Positions 61,801 through 64,000 of a stretch of 64,000 bases of DNA are shown in pieces. The notes beneath the pieces are model-generated. The model had not been told where the DNA came from and ran no database searches. It was given only the letters and a program-made list of their open reading frames with translations. How positions within the stretch are numbered: position 1 is the first letter of the stretch; every line of letters starts with the position of its first letter. Source of the DNA: Cyanophora paradoxa CCMP329. Its lineage: Eukaryota; Plantae; Glaucophyta. The position numbers and the translations under genes were made by a program. The stretch covers positions 496,001 to 560,000 of the forward strand of contig QPMI01000015.1 in NCBI GenBank assembly GCA_004431415.1. The letters are read 5' to 3'.

Positions 61801-64000
61801 CTGGGCGACGGGCTCGCGGCTGTGGGCGACGGGCTCGGGCTGGGCGACGGGCTCGGGCTGGGCGACGGGCTCGGCGGCGACGGGCTCGGCTGGGCGACGG
61901 GCTCGGGCTGGGCGACGGGCTCGGGCTGGGCGACGGGCTCGGGCTGGGCGACGGGCTCGGGCTGGGCGACGGGCTCGGGCTGGCGACGGCTCGGGCTGGC
62001 GACGGGCTCGGGCTGGGCGACGGGCTCGGCTGGGCGACGGGCTCGGGCTGGGCGACGGGCTCGGGCTGGGCGACGGGCTCGGGCTGGGCGACGGGCTCGG
62101 GCTGGGCGACGGCTCGGCTGGGCGACGGGCTCGGGCTGCTGGCGACGGGCTCGGGCTGGGCGACGGGCTCGGGCTGGGCGACGGCTCGGGCTGGGCGACG
62201 GGCTCGGGCTGGGCGACGGGCTCGGGCTGGGCGACGGGCTCGGGCTGGGCGACGGGCTCGGGCTGGGCGACGGGCTCGGGCTGGGCGAGGCTCTGGACGG
62301 CTCGGGCTGGGCGACGGGCTCGGGCTGGGCGACGGTCGGCTGGCGACGGCTCGGGCTGGCGACGGGCTCGGGCTGGGCGACGGGCTCGGGCTGGGCGACG
62401 GGCTCGGCTGGGCGACGGGCTCGGGCTGGGCGAGGCTCGGGCTGGGCGGGCTCGGGCTGGGCGACGGGCTCGGCTGGGCGACGCTCGGTGGGCGACGGGC
62501 TCGGGCTGGGCGACGGGCTCGGGCTGGGCGACGGGCTCGGGCTGGGCGACGGGCTCGGCTGGGCGACGGGCTCGGGCTGGGCGACGGGCTCGGGCTGGGC
62601 GACGGGCTCGGGCTGGGCGACGGGCTCGGGCTGGCGACGGCTCGGTGGGCGACGGCTCGGCTGGGCGACGGGCTCGGGCTGGGCGACGGTGGCTGGGCGA
62701 CGGCTCGGCTGGGCGACGGGCTCGGGCTGGCGACGGGCTCGGGCTGGGCGACGGGCTCGGGCTGGGCGACGGGCTCGGGCTGGGCGACGTGGCTCGGGGG
62801 CTGGGCGACGGGCTCGGGCTGGGCGACGGGCTTCGGGCTGGGCGACGGGCTCGGGCTCGCGGCTCCGGGCGACGGGCTCGGGCTGGGCGTCTCCTGGCGA
62901 CGGGCTCGGCTGGGCGACGGGCTCGGGGCTGGGCGACGGGCTCGGGCTGGGCGACGGGCTCGGGCTGGGCGACGGGCTCGGGCTGGGCGACGGGCTCGGG
63001 CTGGGCGACGGGCTCGGGCTGGGCGACGGGCTCGGGCTGGGCGACGGGCTCGGGCTGGGCGACGGGCTCGGGCTGGGCGGACGGGCTCGGGCTGGGCGAC
63101 GGGCTCGGGCTGGGCGACGGGCTCGGGCTGGGCGACGGGCTCGGGCTGGGCGACGGGCTCGGGCTGGGCGACGGGCTGGCTCGGCGCTGGGCGACGGGCT
63201 CGGGCTGGGCGACGGGCTCGGGCTGGGCGACGGGCTCGGGCTGGGCGACGGCTCGGGCTGGGCGACGGGCTCGGCTGGGCGACGGCTGACGGGCGGCTGC
63301 GACGCGCTCGGGCTGGCGCGGCGGGCTGGCGAGGGCTCGGGCGGGCGACGGGCTCGGGCTGGGCGACGGGCTCGGGGGCGCGGCTCGGGCTGGGCGACGG
63401 GCTCGGGCTGGGCGACGGGCTCGGCTGGGCGACGGGCTCGGGCTGGGCGACGGGCTCGGCGGCGACGGGCTCGGGCTGGGCGACGGCTCGGGCTGGGCGA
63501 CGGGCTCGCGCGCCGTGGGCGACGGGCTCGGGCTGGGCGACGGGCTCGGGCTGGGCGACGGGCTTCGGGCTGGGCGACGGGCTCGGGCTGGGCGACGGGC
63601 TCGGGCTGGGCGACGGGCTCGGGCTGGGCGACGGGCTCGGGGCTGGGCGACGGGCTCGGCTCGGCGTCTCCGTCGGCGAGGGGCTCGGGCTGGGCGTCTC
63701 CGTCGGCGAGGGGCTCGGGCTGGGCGACGGGCTCGGGCTGGCGACGGGCTCGGGCTGGGCGACGGCTCGGCTGGGCGACGGGCTCGGGCTGGGCGACGGG
63801 CTCGGGCTGGGCGACGGGCTCGGGCTGGGCGACGGGCTCGGGCTGGGCGACGGGCTCGGGCTGGGCGACGGGCTCGGGCTGGGCGACGGGCTCGGGCTCG
63901 GCGTCTCCGTCGGCGAGGGGCTCGGGCTGGGCGTCTCCGTCGGCGAGGGGCTCGGGCTGGGTTCTTGTAGCATCGATCGCCGTAATCGTTGGAGCCGTTG
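46801..64000 (-). CDS. Giant type-I membrane glycoprotein: (SP)n stalk, three FN3-like repeats, filamin/Ig-like repeats, REJ (PKD1-like) module, single TM, cytoplasmic tail; 5' end outside the window
   Basis: FN3-like [24 protein letters not shown]; filamin-like [24 protein letters not shown]; REJ-like [17 protein letters not shown]...[21 protein letters not shown]...VNRPPASGSC...LSCGDW...PLQYAF; [25 protein letters not shown] followed by RRKQRR. Confidence 0.85.
50610..50865. repeat. Four ~65-bp tandem copies of an intron 3' end plus exon start
   Basis: Unit gtatccacggaactYYaataggKctgaaatccaatgtgtcagatcaacgaat... repeated with periods of 65/71/65 bp. Confidence 0.85.
57437..63960 (-). repeat. 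~6.5-kb coding minisatellite with 18-bp unit AGCCCGTCGCCCAGCCCG = (Ser-Pro)3
   Basis: gggctgggcgacgggctc repeated hundreds of times, with many 1-bp deletions; (SP)n is in frame with the flanking unique sequence at both ends. Confidence 0.95.

Noticed and set aside
57431-63289. 1952-aa GLGDG/WATGSG ORF and the [12 protein letters not shown] frames
   Set aside because: Alternative frames of a stop-free 18-bp repeat; only (SP)n joins the flanking unique coding sequence.
57437-63960. Frame switches in the SP array as programmed frameshifting, or the array as CRISPR
   Set aside because: Scattered single-base losses in G runs are typical of unpolished long-read error; there are no spacers or cas genes and the context is eukaryotic.

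Overview
Eukaryotic, GC-rich, intron-dense nuclear DNA with short introns and several GC-AG donors. The style resembles a glaucophyte-type alga such as Cyanophora (inference, not verified). Most long six-frame ORFs are artefacts, so gene models were spliced by eye and exon edges are approximate. Left to right: (1) a CCCH + RING-H2 gene; (2) a secreted carbohydrate-active locus with two divergent Agd3/CE18-like deacetylase paralogues (1657-6611 -, 7546-13433 +) and a third gene (18175-21586 -) made only of a ~165-aa Trp/Cys-rich module that occurs 1x, 2x and 3x in the three genes; (3) a very compact housekeeping block eIF4G(-), TANGO2(+), atypical eIF4E(-), MAU2/Scc4-like(+); (4) a GPI-anchored (SP)n protein; (5) a mobile-element-rich zone with a truncated Gypsy-like integrase, an element with split direct repeats around a tRNA-like segment, a duplicated F-box/LRR + M41-like cassette, and an RNase H retroelement with an 8-bp TSD, structured 3' end and sense-strand oligo(T) tail; (6) a giant single-pass protein gene (about 6.5 kb of (SP)n, then FN3-like, filamin-like and REJ domains and a TM) running off the right edge. 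Paralogue comparisons also reveal a recurrent 6-bp insertion process that turns a 3-mer X into X-revcomp(X)-X.
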